Shown here: positions 1 through 12,925 of the stretch, in pieces
Layout: each line of letters starts with the position of its first letter
Numbering within the stretch: position 1 is the stretch's first letter
Source: Monocercomonoides exilis PA203
Lineage: Eukaryota > Protista > Preaxostyla
Direction: 5' to 3'
Assembly (NCBI GenBank): GCA_001643675.2
Contig: LSRY02000031.1
Location: 496,001-560,000, forward strand
Length of the DNA stretch: 64,000 nt
Position numbers and translations under genes: made by a program
Notes under the pieces: generated by a model
Databases searched by the model: none
Told to the model about the DNA's origin: nothing
The model's input: only the letters and a program-made list of their open reading frames with translations

Positions 1-87
1 TATATATTTATTTGTTATTTATTACTGCTTTTCAAACATTTGTTTGTGCAATATTTATGTTAAAATTTCATTATTTTTGGGATTGTA

Positions 88-1520
88 ATGGATTTTCAAA
101 AATTGAAGGAGATGAGCATCACTAACAATTTCACTCGTTTGTAGATGATGCACCATTTATATTCTTGTTTATTGCATTGTTATTTATTTTTTTATTGAAG
201 AATTGTTTTCTGAACTGGAAGATTTCAGTGAGGATGAACAGAAACAGAAGATTGAAGAAATGAATGGACTAATGGATGAGATGGATAGAGAAGAATTTGA
301 ATCAGTTTTTGAACAAGAGATATTTGACAAAATGGACAAAATGATAGAAGAAAAAAGAATAGATTTGGAGAATGCCTTGAAACTGTTGAAACACATGGGA
401 TATTGCTCCGTTCTGAAGAATTCATGGAACCTGGATTTTATACGATCTTCATTGAGGTCTAGATTCGAGAAGATAATTATAAGTGAAAATAAGAAGATAG
501 AAGAAAAGAATGAAAAGCTTCTTGTTGATCTTTGTGAGTGTTATCTTTTGCTAAACGATGCTTCATCTTCAGACTTGGTTTCAATTAGTGTTCCTTGCTT
601 GCTGAAATTTGCATTGAATGAAAAGGAAAACGAGGAAGCTCAGAAAGAGGTGGAAATGGTTCTGTTGGCGCTGAGTTACATTAATTCCATCTATGTTTGT
701 GCATTTTCTCTGAATATTTGGTGAGATTTTTTCCCTTGTTTTTGAACAGAAAATAAAAAAAGAAATGTATCTGAATGAAATCAAAGAAATCATCCAATAT
801 CATCAGGAAAGTCGCAATCTGACGCAGCTTGCTTATCAATCTGCCTGGGGATGTTTGATGAACAGATTTGGAAACGAAAATTGCTTGGGGAAAGTTATTG
901 TCAATGAGCTGCATTTTGAGAGAGAAGCAACGAGAGAGTTGGAACAACTGATGCATTGTGTGAATTGGAGGAGAAAGAAAGAAGAAAGAGGAAAAGAAGC
1001 AAAAGAATCAAAAGAAATTCGAATTTTGGTGAGATGGCTCCATATTATTAATTTCAACTTCTTCCCGTGCGCACGGTGGAATGAAGAATATTCTGGGCTT
1101 GTTAACAGCATTGTTCAAGTCTTTCGAGCAGCTAAGCATAATTACACAGGCATTTGTGGAATATGCACTTTTTCATTTATGTATGCAGCAAGTAACAGTT
1201 CTGTGAAAATTGAAGATTTGTTGAAAAGTGGAGCCGTCGATGCTGTTTTGGAGGAGATTCAGAGACCAACATTGAATGACCATGTGGTAAATGGAAACGC
1301 GCAATTCTTTATGAATGTTTCGATTCGATTGAAGAAAAAGGGTGATGTTGAAAAGGAAGAAGCGAAAAGAAAGGTATTTTCAAAGATCATTGAAAAGATG
1401 GAAGAAGAAGGATACGAAGATGTCATCACAAGCTTTTGTGAATTGCTTCATTTTCTTAAGAAAAGAAAATACTATTGCGGTTTATCATTTGACATTTCTG
1501 ATTATTTTGTGAATGCTTGA
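88..1520 (+). CDS. Lineage-specific alpha-helical protein, 3 exons: join(88..136,201..694,750..1520)
   Basis: ATG at 88. GT-AG introns 137..200 and 695..749 keep the frame and join ORFs 203..724 and 765..1520. Clear paralog of 7074..8498 (shared EQKQKI.EMN, NEKLL.DLCECYL, PCLLK.ALN, NELHF.REA.RELE.L). Confidence 0.8.
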
Positions 1521-1624
1521 TAAAATGGGATGAAATGAATTTTGTTGCTCAATGGTATTTGTTTTTTCTTTTTTCATCATTTCACAAAATACTCAAAATA
1601 ATCAATTGTTTTGTAGTTTTTTGG

Positions 1625-4600
1625 TCAAAAGATCATTCGTTCACTTATTTCAAGTGATATGAAACAACAAAAATAAAGAACATTCAGCAAATTGTTCAAT
1701 GACTTCGATTCGCTTCCTTCATCAAATGTTTCGTCAAAAAAACACTCTTCAAATTCGGTGTTCGCTCGCTCGTTTGCTTTTTCGGAAGCTGCCTTCTCTG
1801 CCATTTCCGGTTGAAGCGCCATTGTTTTCTTTGCAAAGATGATTAAAATGAGAAGGAAGAGTGAGAGGAAGAAAGACATTTTCCCTTTGTGTGCAAACCG
1901 AATTATTCCGAAATAACTGAAATTAGCGGTATTTCATCGAATGAATAGAAGATAAGCACAGAAGTTGAATTTGAAGTGAAATGAAATGAAAAAGATTCAA
2001 TAAAGGTGAAACAAAAATCGTCAAACCCAATTGAGAATAAGAAGAAGATTATGAAGATTATGAAGATACAAAATGCCATCCAATAGCCTGCTTCTGCTCT
2101 TCAACTTCGAATGTCCCGCAAATGAAGTTGTTTCAGATTGGATTGGAGAGAAAATAGTTGTTCTGTAAGAACATGACGATAATTCTCCAAACAAAAACTC
2201 GATGAAGATGAAGAAGCTGTTTCAGATGCATTTCTGTGAAAGTGACTTAACTCTCTTTTCGGTTGGGCTGATTTCCTTGTCTTCACTCAATAACTTTTTT
2301 ATCTTTTGCCCTCTTCTCCTTGTTTCATTCATCTGAGTCAATGTGAATGTCATAAACGATTTCCAAAAAAGAATCTCCAAAAACGATGGATTATCGATCA
2401 ACGCTCAAAAAGAATAATTTTTTATCTCATTCGTTCAGTTTTCGCTCATTGCTTATCCAAAAGAAGGAAGAAGATGAAGCAGAAGAAGATGGTTAAAAAC
2501 GGTTGTTTGTGGCAAAATATGAAGAAGATGATGAAAAGACATCGGAAATGAAGCACTTCTCTCTGTTGGCGCATTTCTCTGTTAATTTGAGTCAAACGAG
2601 AAGAGATCTGTTGCACCTCTGGCAGAAAATTCTACAAAGATGAATCACTAATAATTAATTGTGAAATCAGAAATACAAATTGTGTGCTTCATGAAACAAT
2701 CATTGGCCATTGAAATGTTACTGCTGCAACTGGCACACTATCAGATGAAATGATGTTGATGCAGGAATATCTTTGGCTGAAGAATTTCCATAAGGTTTCT
2801 TGTCGATTCAGCTGAACATTCACTTTTTATTCGCTTCTTTCATATTTTTGCCTTCTCAGCCGGTTTGATCTGGGTTCACAAACAAAAAAATGAAAGGCCC
2901 TCTCAAAAAAGTTGTCATTCGCTATCCAAATTGAAGTTCTAAGAACTGGTGCATCGCTATAACTATTGTTGAAATTTGATTACTTCTTTTTCCTCTTCAA
3001 AGTCATATAATCCTTCGCTCTTTCAACATCCTGAATAAAAATAATAATCACTTCAAAAAAATAACAATATCAAACCTTCTGACCATTTCTATAAGCAATT
3101 TTCTGTTTTTTATTCCGTTGGCACCTGTTTTTATCAACTCAATTTCATTATTCCTTCCTTTTTTCAGGTATTTCATCATGTGATTCCCCAATCATCCTTT
3201 CCAAAGGCCATTTCTCCACCAAATGCATCGATTTCGCTCCCTTCTGAAAAATGTGAAATTTATGCATTCAGCTCAAATTCCACTCTCATCATTGAAAAAT
3301 ATCCTGTTTTTCGTCTGAAAATATCATCTCCAATTCCCTTCCCAATCCCTTCATCCTGGGAACTTTCCATATGAAATTGCTCTCCCAACTCCATAGCCAC
3401 CCTGCATAATGAGATATCCCGCTTTCATTCATTTTCATTCATTTCCATTTCCTGCCCTGAAAACAACACAAAAACATTCAACAGGTTAATATTCATATAA
3501 AGAAAAATAAATAAAGACCAAACTGCCCTTCGACTGTTTTTTGCCAAACAGCTTCATCTCCACAGCCTTCATCATTCAAAAAATCAATCTCTTCATTTCA
3601 GTCTCAGAATGGTCAAATTGCAGCATTGCATCCTTCTTCACAAAATACATCGTGTATCTCTCTGGAGGGTCTTTTCAGCCCATCTGCAGTGCAGTGGATA
3701 TCCAGAGAGGTTTTTTCTGTTTTTGGCATGATCATCTCCTTTAATAATATTCTCAACGATACAAAACAGTATTTGATGTCTATCTCATCAACATCTGGCA
3801 CAGGAGAGATATTGTGCAGATTAGAGATGAAAGAGGATTATTTGTTGCTGAGGGAAGGAGTTGAGTATTTTTTTGAATGTTAATATTTCGAGAGGGGTTT
3901 TTGAATGAAAGAAATTCTGAGACAGAGGGATGGGGAAGAGCAAGCGGAGATTTGGAGAAAAGTTTGTTGTAAATATGTAGGTAAGTGGCTGAGGATGATG
4001 AAGGAGGGCTTATTGTTGATTAGAGAAATGGATTTTGAAAAGAAAGAAAAGAGGGCAAAAGCTGGAAAGAAGAGGACAATTGTTAAATGTTCAAATGGAA
4101 TGGGGGAATTTTTTTATGAGGAGAAGATATTTTGGAAGAGACTGCGAAAGATGAAGAAAAGGAACTGATAATATTTTCTGATGATTTTGGTGGTTGAATG
4201 GAAGAGGAAAAATCGAAGAGGAAGGATATTAAGAAATAAAATCATTATCGATTTTTCAGGGGAAAAGAGTGGAAATCACAGAAAGAAAGTGAATTGACTT
4301 TGGAAATATACAGCAAGATTGATTTCCACAATCTGTTCGTCACGAATTTTTTGATTGAGTTTTTCTGACCAATCTGAAGTTTATACATCAAATGAGCCGT
4401 TTTGGCCAATCAACGATATCACGCAAAGAGTCCTCGTCATCTTCTTCAGAAATGTTAGTTGACTGATTGCACATTTCTCTATCACCACATTCATTCACAT
4501 TTTTTCGACTTGAACTTCGTCTTCACCATCTTCTTCTTCTTCTTCTTTTTCTTCTTCTTCTCCTTCTCCTTCTCCTTCTCCTTCTCCTTCTCCTCCTCCT

Positions 4601-4800
4601 TCTCCTTCTCCTTCTCCTTCTCCTTCTCCTTCTCCTTCTCCTTCTTCTTCTTCTTCTTCTTCTCCTTTTCCTTTTCCTTTTCCTTCTCCTTCTCCTTCTT
4701 CGCCTTCTTCTGCTTCATCTTCGTCTTTTTCCTCTCACTTCCTGCTGAATCAGACCACCGATCTTCAAATGCATTATATGCCATTCAATTCAGTGTAACC
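1625..4800 (-). pseudogene. Decayed spliced coding remnant(s) of unknown family
   Basis: Short coding-like pieces on the minus strand (4491..4784, 3613..3801, 1625..1879), an intron-like GTTTGG...TTTTCAG at ~3457-3521, and many stops and frameshifts. No domain recognised. Confidence 0.3.
4529..4712. repeat. (CTT)n/(CTTCTC)n pyrimidine microsatellite
   Basis: Directly visible tandem repeat. It generates spurious poly-L, poly-FS and poly-KE ORFs. Confidence 0.9.
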
Positions 4801-5727
4801 ATTAAATTGAACTGAATATTGTTTCATTTCCTTTCCTTCGTCTCTTCAGTCAATCGATAAATGAGCTTTCTTTTCATTTTTCAATCACAATTCCGGCGAA
4901 GAAAAAAAGCTATCTGCACAAATTTATTTAATTTCATTAAAATCTTCTTCTGCTTTAACATCTTCGATGAACAACAAAAATGAGACTGTTTTTTTTCATT
5001 TCGTTCAACTTCCATCGAATTCAGTGCCAGACCCCATCTATCATTGCTGTTTAGAAAGATACAAAGAAATACTTATTCAAATAATGAGAATCAGCTGAAA
5101 TTATATGGCACAGAAGTTATTTTAAATTAAGCAAAGAAAAGGCATGCACGTCATCAACAAGAAAATGATTCTGACTTTTTCATTTGATTGCTGATACATT
5201 TGGAAGATGAAAGAATTCACAGAAAACAGACAGAAAAGATATTTTGTTTGGATGTTTGAAGCAATGGCCTTTGAGAGGTTACACAGATATGAAACATCGA
5301 CGAATTGTTGCATACGAAATGAGAAGGAAAAGCAATTAAGAGGGAGAAGCATATTTGAAGAGAAATAATGTGAGATTCAAGCACTAATCGTATGCGAACA
5401 AGTTGGAATAAGAAAGCTGATGAAAATACAATCTGAAGAAAATTGCCAGATACAACTGAAGAAATACTATTTGAAGAGATGAAAACAATGAATCTTTTTT
5501 CTTGAGCTCAATCTGAACTCATCGAAAAAGAGAAATTAAAAGAGGATGTTTTGAAGAAATATAATTTATAGGAGTTGATTTTCATCTCTTTGAAAAATAA
5601 GCGATGATATCGACTTCAAATGAAAAGAAGATAAAGATTCAAGGTTTTTTTTACGATGAAGAAAATAATTGCAATTTGAAGATGAATCAATTTGGCAAGA
5701 AAGAATTTTTATGGGAATGAGAAAAAG

Positions 5728-6117
5728 TCAATCATTTTCAGTGAATATTGCGCCAATGACATTGAAGGAAAGTGTTTGAGTGGAAGTGAAAGCGGAGATG
5801 AGGAGGGTGAGAGAGGCGTCTTGGAGGAGGGAAATGAAGCCAGTGAGGGCATACTCGATGGTGGCACATGGGGTCTGTTGGGGTCTGCCACAGGCTTCAG
5901 CATCAGTTCCATTGCCGGCAACGATTTTATTCTGGGCGATGAGGGGGAGCCAGCCATTGTATTCAGCGTTATCAGCAGTTCCTGCATTCCACACTCTTTT
6001 TGATGAGATTGTTGATCCACAATTTTCAAATGGAGATTGAGTGATATTGCTTCCATTAAAAAAGACATCATTTTCTCTGCCATTTGTTTCTGTGTTACTG
6101 CCAAAGAAGCGAAATGA
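5728..6117 (-). pseudogene. Isolated ectodomain fragment of the beta-helix receptor-pseudokinase family
   Basis: Reads SFRFFGSN..GRENDVFFNGSNITQSPFENCGSTISSKRV..YNGWLPL..GTD..CG..PCATIEYAL. This aligns with ISYCFFHLN..GRGSDVMF..SPFLECFSTTKQKRV..YNGWLPI..CG..PCNSVEF in 45481..53709. Bounded by stops; no signal peptide or TM segment. Confidence 0.7.
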
Positions 6118-7073
6118 GGTGGATTATGTTCTGAGCTTCATCATTCATCTCGATTCTTTTTCCAAGAAATTTATTTGAATCATATTTCTGTTGACTTTGC
6201 TGCATTAAGGTTTTTTTTTTTCATATTTGTGAAAGTTGGTCAAAGTTTACAACTTGACTATGTTTGTTAATGAACATTGTTTGATATTGAAATAATTATT
6301 GTTTTGACATATTTTCAATCTCACTAAACTTTGAAATTACTGAGTAAGCAATTATTTAATGCAAACTGCTTTCTCAAATATCTCTATAGAAAAAAGTGTG
6401 AACTTTATTTATTCAAAAGATTCGATTTATTGTCTTATTTCAAAGAAAAGCCTAAATTTCAATAGTTGCTTATCATTCACTCTTTTTTCTTGTTGTTCAT
6501 GCGATGAAATTATCTTTATTTGTTGTTCAATTCTCTTCACATTCACTTCAAAAATAATTCAATAGAAAAAAATTCTCTCTAACTAATTTATTTTCTTATC
6601 AAAAAGCGAAAACAAAAAAGGCAAATTTGCAGAGGAAAAGCTTTCACTTCAAGAAATCGGAGTTTTCTTCAACGATATTCTTTTCTTTTTTGAATCGGAA
6701 TAAAATTCGAGATATTTTTGGAGAAAGAAAACCAATATAAATGTGATTAATTTCATCAATTTTAAAGCATTGAAAGGACTATAATGAAACATTATTCAAA
6801 AAGTTTAACCAAAAATTCTTTAGGATTATGATCTTTATTATAGGATTGATCGCAAGGAGAAAAAAGGATCATATTGATTCTCTAGCCAAAGCTTATTGAG
6901 CGGTTTTACCTCTTCTTTTTCCAATAATATCAAATACTTATCAGGATAATCCATTTGATCTGTCATTATTCTCAAAGATTTTTGAAGGATAAGGAAGATG
7001 TTTGTTTCTGTCAATTATTTCGTAAATTGAATTTCCATTTCTTTTCACTTGCACAGAATATACAACAATCGAA

Positions 7074-8498
7074 ATGAAAGCAACTACTGAGGAAAGACTG
7101 AATAAAAAACTGACAGGAAATTTTATCGGTTTGTTTTTGCTTTTTGTTTTTGAGGATGAATAGCGTTTCTTTATTTTGTTAACAGAGTTGGCCTCCACGT
7201 TGTCAAAACTTAATGAATCGGAACAAAAGCAGAAAATCATAGAGATGAATGGAATGATTGATGAAATGAACAAAAATGATTTGGATTCAGTCATGTCTGT
7301 GGAATTATTTCGTGATATAAATGAATTGATCAATGATGAGAAAATGACTGTCGAAAATGCAGCATTGTTGTTTGGACACATTGGATATCGCAAGTCTTTG
7401 TTCTCTTTGACAAAAAAGAACTTTGATCGAACTTCGCTGATCGATAGTTTCGGAGGGATGATTTTAAAAGAAAAACGAAGAAGAAGAAGAAAGAATGAAA
7501 AGCTTTTGGCTGATCTTTGCGAATGCTATCTTAGTCTTCTGGATGAGCGCTTTGTGTGTTCAAATGATATTTTTCCAATTAGTATTCCGTGCTTGCTGAA
7601 AGTTGCTCTGAACAAAGAGAAAAGCGAAGAAGCGCAAAAAAAAGTGGAAATGGCTTTGTTGGCTCTAAGCAACATTAACAAACTTTGCGTATGAACGTTT
7701 CTGTTTCTTTTGACATTTTCATTTCTTTCTGAATTTTATAAGATAATTGAACAAAAATTGTATTTGAAGGAAATTAAAGAAATCATCAAATATCACCAGG
7801 AGCATCACAACTTGACTCGACTTGCATATCAATCTGTTTGGGAGTTCTTGATAAATAGATTCTATCATGAAGAAAGCTTAGAAGAAGTGATAGTGAATGA
7901 GCTGCATTTTGGGAGAGAAGCAGCAAGAGAACTTGAAGAGCTGTCAAAGTGTGTAAATTGGAAGAAGGAAAAAGAGAATTGGAAAGAGCAAAAAGAAGTT
8001 TCAGTGATGAAAAGATGGTCAGAGACAATCCATAATTTGCCTTCGCTTTTCAATTTATTGCAAGAGGGATTTGATAAACTGATTTACTGCCTTGTCAAGC
8101 TATGCAGAGCATCAAGGAATGATGAACCAGGATTATCTGATGCGACAGTAACTTGGTTTCATTCAAATTCAAGATCCATATGTGATGGTATTGGCATTTT
8201 TTTGGAGAGTGATATATTAGTTCTCTTTTTGGAGAATATTCAACAATCAACGTTGAAGACGACAATTGCAAGAATGTCTCTGGAATTCTTTTTAGATATT
8301 TCAAGAAGATTGAGAAGAAATTCAATTGAGGATTTCAACCGCAAACATTGGAAGAAAACGAAAAGAATGGTGTTTGACCAGATGGAAGAGCAAGGATGCG
8401 AAGATGTTATCACAAGCTTTAATGATGTGGAAAGAACTGATATCACAAATGTTAACATAATGAGTGAAAGTCTAAAAGAGTATTTTGTGTTTTTGTAA
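7074..8498 (+). CDS. Paralog of 88..1520, 3 exons: join(7074..7128,7186..7688,7743..8498)
   Basis: Introns 7129..7185 and 7689..7742 are GT-AG and have the same positions and phases as in the first paralog. A further upstream intron (7000..7056) is possible. Confidence 0.8.
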
Positions 8499-9778
8499 GC
8501 AAAACGATTGTTTCTAATTTATGTTTTGAAATGCTTTGATATTTTTGAGGACTATCGAGAATGAAGCAGATTGTATTTCTTTTTTTTTTTTTTTTTTTTT
8601 TGTTGGGTCTCTCTCTTGTTTAGAGAGAGAGAAAAAGCATAATTCTTTTTTTATTGCTTTTATTTTTTTTCTAATTTTTCAATTGAGCCATTCATTTGTG
8701 TCCTGTTGAAACAATTTCACATCGCTAAATTTTTGCGGGTGACTGTTGAATGGTTTTTTTGTTTGGTTTTGCATTTTCAAAAAGCGTTTTTTTTTTAATT
8801 GTTTGTAGTCAGATTTGAGAGTCACTTCAAAATGTATATTCCAAAATTTTAAAGTTGAATAGAATTTTTTTTCCAAATAATTTGTATGAAAGAATAGGCA
8901 TGTTTGCTTCTTTCAAAAAAATAATATTGGAGAAGAAAGGAAAATCTTTGGTAAATGATTAAAGAAAAACCTGAAAATATTATTAGTTTGACCCTTTTTC
9001 AAAAATGAATACTTTTCCATTCAAAAGAAATAAGGAATGAGAGGTCTGTTGTTTTATCGAAATTGGATACAAAAGTTTTGAACTCATTGTTTTTAACGAG
9101 CAGAAACAGTTTTTCTTTTTTTATTCATCATTAATTGGGAAAGTGATGGTGAATTTTTGAATTTTACAGATATAAAAAGATTTACTCATCACAATTAAAT
9201 ATATGATTAATAATGGTATCTTTATATTTTCGGGGTGTTATAAATTCCAAAACTTATCGAGATAAGCCGAATATTTTTTTTCCTAATGATGAATGCAAAA
9301 CAACAATATCAAATGTCGAAGATTGACATTTAAGGGAAAAAATTACTTCATGAAATTCATTCATAACTTTGCAACACTCATTTTTTAATATTCAAAACAA
9401 ATTTTCGCACGGAAATAATCTATAAAAAATTATTTCAAAAAAAACCACACAAAAAATTTTGTGGAGTGAAGGATATATGATTTATTTTTCATTGAAATCC
9501 AAGCAGTTTATTTTTAGTTGTTCAGTTGATAAGTACCAGCAATTATTCCAGCTGTTTGAAAAAATCTAGCAAAGAGCTTAAAGACAGAGAATGTCTGTTT
9601 TTTCATCTGACAAAAAATATGAACTTTCAAGCTTTTTTTTTTGCACAATGCACGAAAAAATTGTTTCAATGTTTGCATTATAAAACTTGATCAAATTTCA
9701 ATAAATTTTTTGTTTTCATAAATGAAAACAAACATCATAGAAATAATTACTAAATGTTCCGTGACCTCACATGTATTT

Positions 9779-9779
<1 letters not shown>

Positions 9780-9820
<41 letters not shown>
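9780..9820 (+). repeat. ~41-nt poly(A) run 25 nt upstream of the transposase ATG
   Basis: Directly visible homopolymer. Confidence 0.9.
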
Positions 9821-9822
<2 letters not shown>

Positions 9823-9845
9823 TCATTACCAGAATTTTTTTTGAA

Positions 9846-11430
9846 ATGAGTGTTGTCGAAAATAAAAAACAACAAGGATCAAAGAAAATTAGAAGTTTAA
9901 TGAGATCCTTTCAATATCGGCACATTGAAAGTCAATAAGAACGAGTTGCAACAATTATTGCAAATGGAGAAGCTCGGGTTGCTGATGCTGCATACATGAA
10001 GGAATTTACTCGCTCGGCAATTGATAGGGCAGTTACAGCTGTGGAAAAAGGAAGGAAGGCAGGGAAAAATGGAAGAACAGAATTATTCAATCAGGAAGAA
10101 AAGTAAACTATATTTGGAGTGCTGAAAATAGAATGTGAAAGTGGGACAAGTTTCAATGCTGCGCAAATGAGGAAATTAGTTTATAACAATTTTTAATTTA
10201 TTGTATTTATCTATTTTTTATATATTCAGATGAACACTGTTATCAATGATAGGAAAAAAGACGATTTTGATGAAGAAGATGAAGAAGTGAACATTTCGAA
10301 AGCATATCCTTATCAATACACCAAAAGGAACCCCGAACTTAAAGCTTCATACCCTCGAAACGTCGACATCCAAAGGCTCTCTGCGTCAAATCAACAAACT
10401 CTTCTTCCATTTTTCACTCTTCTACAAAATCTTCATGATAATCTTCATTATTCTAACTCTCTCATCTTCAATATTGATGAATCCTCTCTTCGACTTTCTG
10501 ATTTTTTCTCGACTCTTGTTTTCCATCCTTCAGACATGCCTGCTGGTTTCTCCAAAACACCGATGAATATGCCGAATGCAACTCTCGTCGTTGCAGCTGC
10601 AGCTGATGGCTACTCCCTAAAAAGCGTCGTTCTGTGGCCTTGTCACAAATTACCTGATGAACTGCGCCTTGTTCCGAGTTCGCAGTTGGATGTTTGGGGA
10701 GAAAATGAAGGCTGGATGACTAAAACTCTATTCCTCAAATATGCTGAAGAAGTGTTGCTTCCAGGAATCACACAAAGAAGAGAAACTTAGAAGAAGAAGT
10801 ATTAACGTTGCCTTCTCCTTCATGATTCACATTCATCGAGAGCGCAGCCTGACTTATGGAAAAAGTTTGCTGATTCTTCAATAGATGTCGTCACCTTCGT
10901 GCCCCACACCACTCACATCGCACAGCCTTTGGATCGTGGAGTGTTTGCTGTTTTTAAAAAGACAATAAATGCTTATTATGAAGCACCTTCCTCATCTTCT
11001 GTTGTTTTGCGACGAGAAGCGCTAGCTGATGTGCTTCCACAAGCTTTGCAAACTTCTTTGTTGCCTTCAACAATAAAATCATCATTTACGAAGAGCGGAG
11101 TCCTGTCACATCAGTGGAACGAAGTGTTAGCCAAGCTTCCATAAGAACCTTCCGTCACTCTGAAGAAAAGAACAAAAAGGTTTGATTATTTTGGAAAAAT
11201 AATTACCGATGAAGAATTTTTAATTGAATGGAAAAAAGAAAAGGATGAAAGAAAAGAATCAAAAAATGAAGAAAAAGATAATGAAGAAATTGAAAAGGCT
11301 TTGTTTGAAGAAGAAAAACCGAAAAAAAGAAAATTCAACCCATTGAAAATTTTAAATGATGATTTTTCTGATGATGAAAAAAATGAAAGAAATACTCGAA
11401 AAAATGTGAAACGAGAGCTTGTTGATTATA
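9846..11430 (+). pseudogene. DDE_1 (pogo/CENP-B family) DD35D transposase pseudogene with one intron (10179..10229)
   Basis: Motifs IFNIDES, TLVVAAAADG, GWMT, CLLLHDSHSSR and PHTTHIAQPLDRGVF, with 35 residues between the 2nd and 3rd Asp. In-frame stops at ~9936, 10104, 10788, 10803 and 11142. Confidence 0.85.
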
Positions 11431-12925
11431 TTTATTATTAATATTTTTTTTAAAACGAAATCAATACACAACATACAAAAATAAATTCATTTATTTTTTA
11501 TTCGGGTTTTCAAAAAAATATTCGGGTTTATAAATCACCCTATTCTTGCTTCTCAATTCGCAGTTTTATAGAGAACCTATTTTCACAAATGTGAAGACAA
11601 AAAGAAAATAATTTTGATTTCATATTTATTTTTTATCTTAACAAAATTGACAATAATTCATTTTTTTTCCGAAAATCGTGTTTTCAGCAAAAACAGTGAC
11701 ATGAGAAAAAAAGGTTTAAATTTTAATTGAAAAAGTTGAAAGACTTAAAAACAATAATATGGGAATGTTGAATTGTGATGTTGTGGCTAAAAACGTTCGG
11801 TAGCTGATTATTCAGCGAATATTTCAAAGTTTTTGAACTAGGTCCTAAAATAAAAATAATAATAACAATATTTATGAACAAAAAATTATCAAAAAATTAA
11901 ATAACAGAGAGTTGAAAATAATTATGATAAATTTATTTTTTTATTTATTTTTTGTTTCAAACCTTTGCTAAGCTCGGAATAAGCTTCACAAAGTTTCAAA
12001 AAAAAAGGGTTGAGATAAGTTTTTGAGGTCAAGATAAAATATGCACCCTACGACATTCTTCTTTCAAAGGAAATAAAGTCATCTGTTAATTAATTCAAAT
12101 ATCAAAGACCATTGAAAAGAATGATTTGCAAAAAATTCTGCCATGGATTTAAACAGATGGAAACATCAAAAACAGAATGATAAATCAAAATACGTTCTTC
12201 TAATTGAAGTAGAAGTTGCTGATAGAAAAAAGAAATGAGAAATAAAAACAACTTAATAAGAAAAATTGCTTTGAGGTACATGAATATATACAAATAAGAT
12301 GAACAAAAAATAGACAAAAAGATTTTCTAATAAGAATAAAAAACCAAAGTTTAAACAAAGAGTGATGATAATAAAGATAATGTCTATTTCAACACAAAAA
12401 TTAAATATTTCAAACAAAAACTCTGATTGTGAAAAATGATGAATATGACACTATTTGTTACTGCGCAAAGCAGTCGAAAACATTAAAGTCGGAGTTACAA
12501 TAAAAGAAACAAAATCACAGAAAATGAACTGACCTTGAGTGTGCATTTTCCCTTTTGCTCAAACACTCGCTAAGTTAGCAAGTCGCTCCTCATGCAAAAA
12601 CAAAGGGTCAGTCATTTTCCCTGAATCGATTAATCTTTTCCAAATTAATGAAAGTTCGTCTTTCTGAAAGAAATATCTCAATTTGACTGTTAACTTTTTG
12701 ATTATTTTGTCCATGCTGAACGAGTCTTTGTCTTTTCTGGCTGTTCACTATTCATGTTCCATCCAATTATTCTCTTTGAAACACTTTCTTTTTGCAAACT
12801 CTTGCCTTTCAGCCAACTTCAATTTCCACTTCCTTTGTCCTTCTTTCTGCTTCACTTTCCTCATCTCCCAATTGTTGCCCTATTCATTCATCTTTCTCTT
12901 CCCTTTCTTGTTTTTTCCATTGTTT

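Larger units (their letters stand above)
9233..11540 (+). mobile_element. pogo/Fot-like DNA transposon, copy 1 (inactive)
   Basis: Contains a DDE_1-type transposase. The right end ...TTCGGGTTTATAAATCACCC is followed by TA (11541-42). The left end (GGGTGTTATAAA, ~9233) is degenerate and uncertain. Confidence 0.7.

Noticed and set aside
9846-11430. Five in-frame TAA/TAG codons without frameshifts, suggesting TAR=Gln recoding as in Streblomastix
   Set aside because: The aligned positions in copy 2 are Leu or Asp, not Gln, so these look like point nonsense mutations. Intact genes here end in TAA and have no internal TAR over more than 10 kb.
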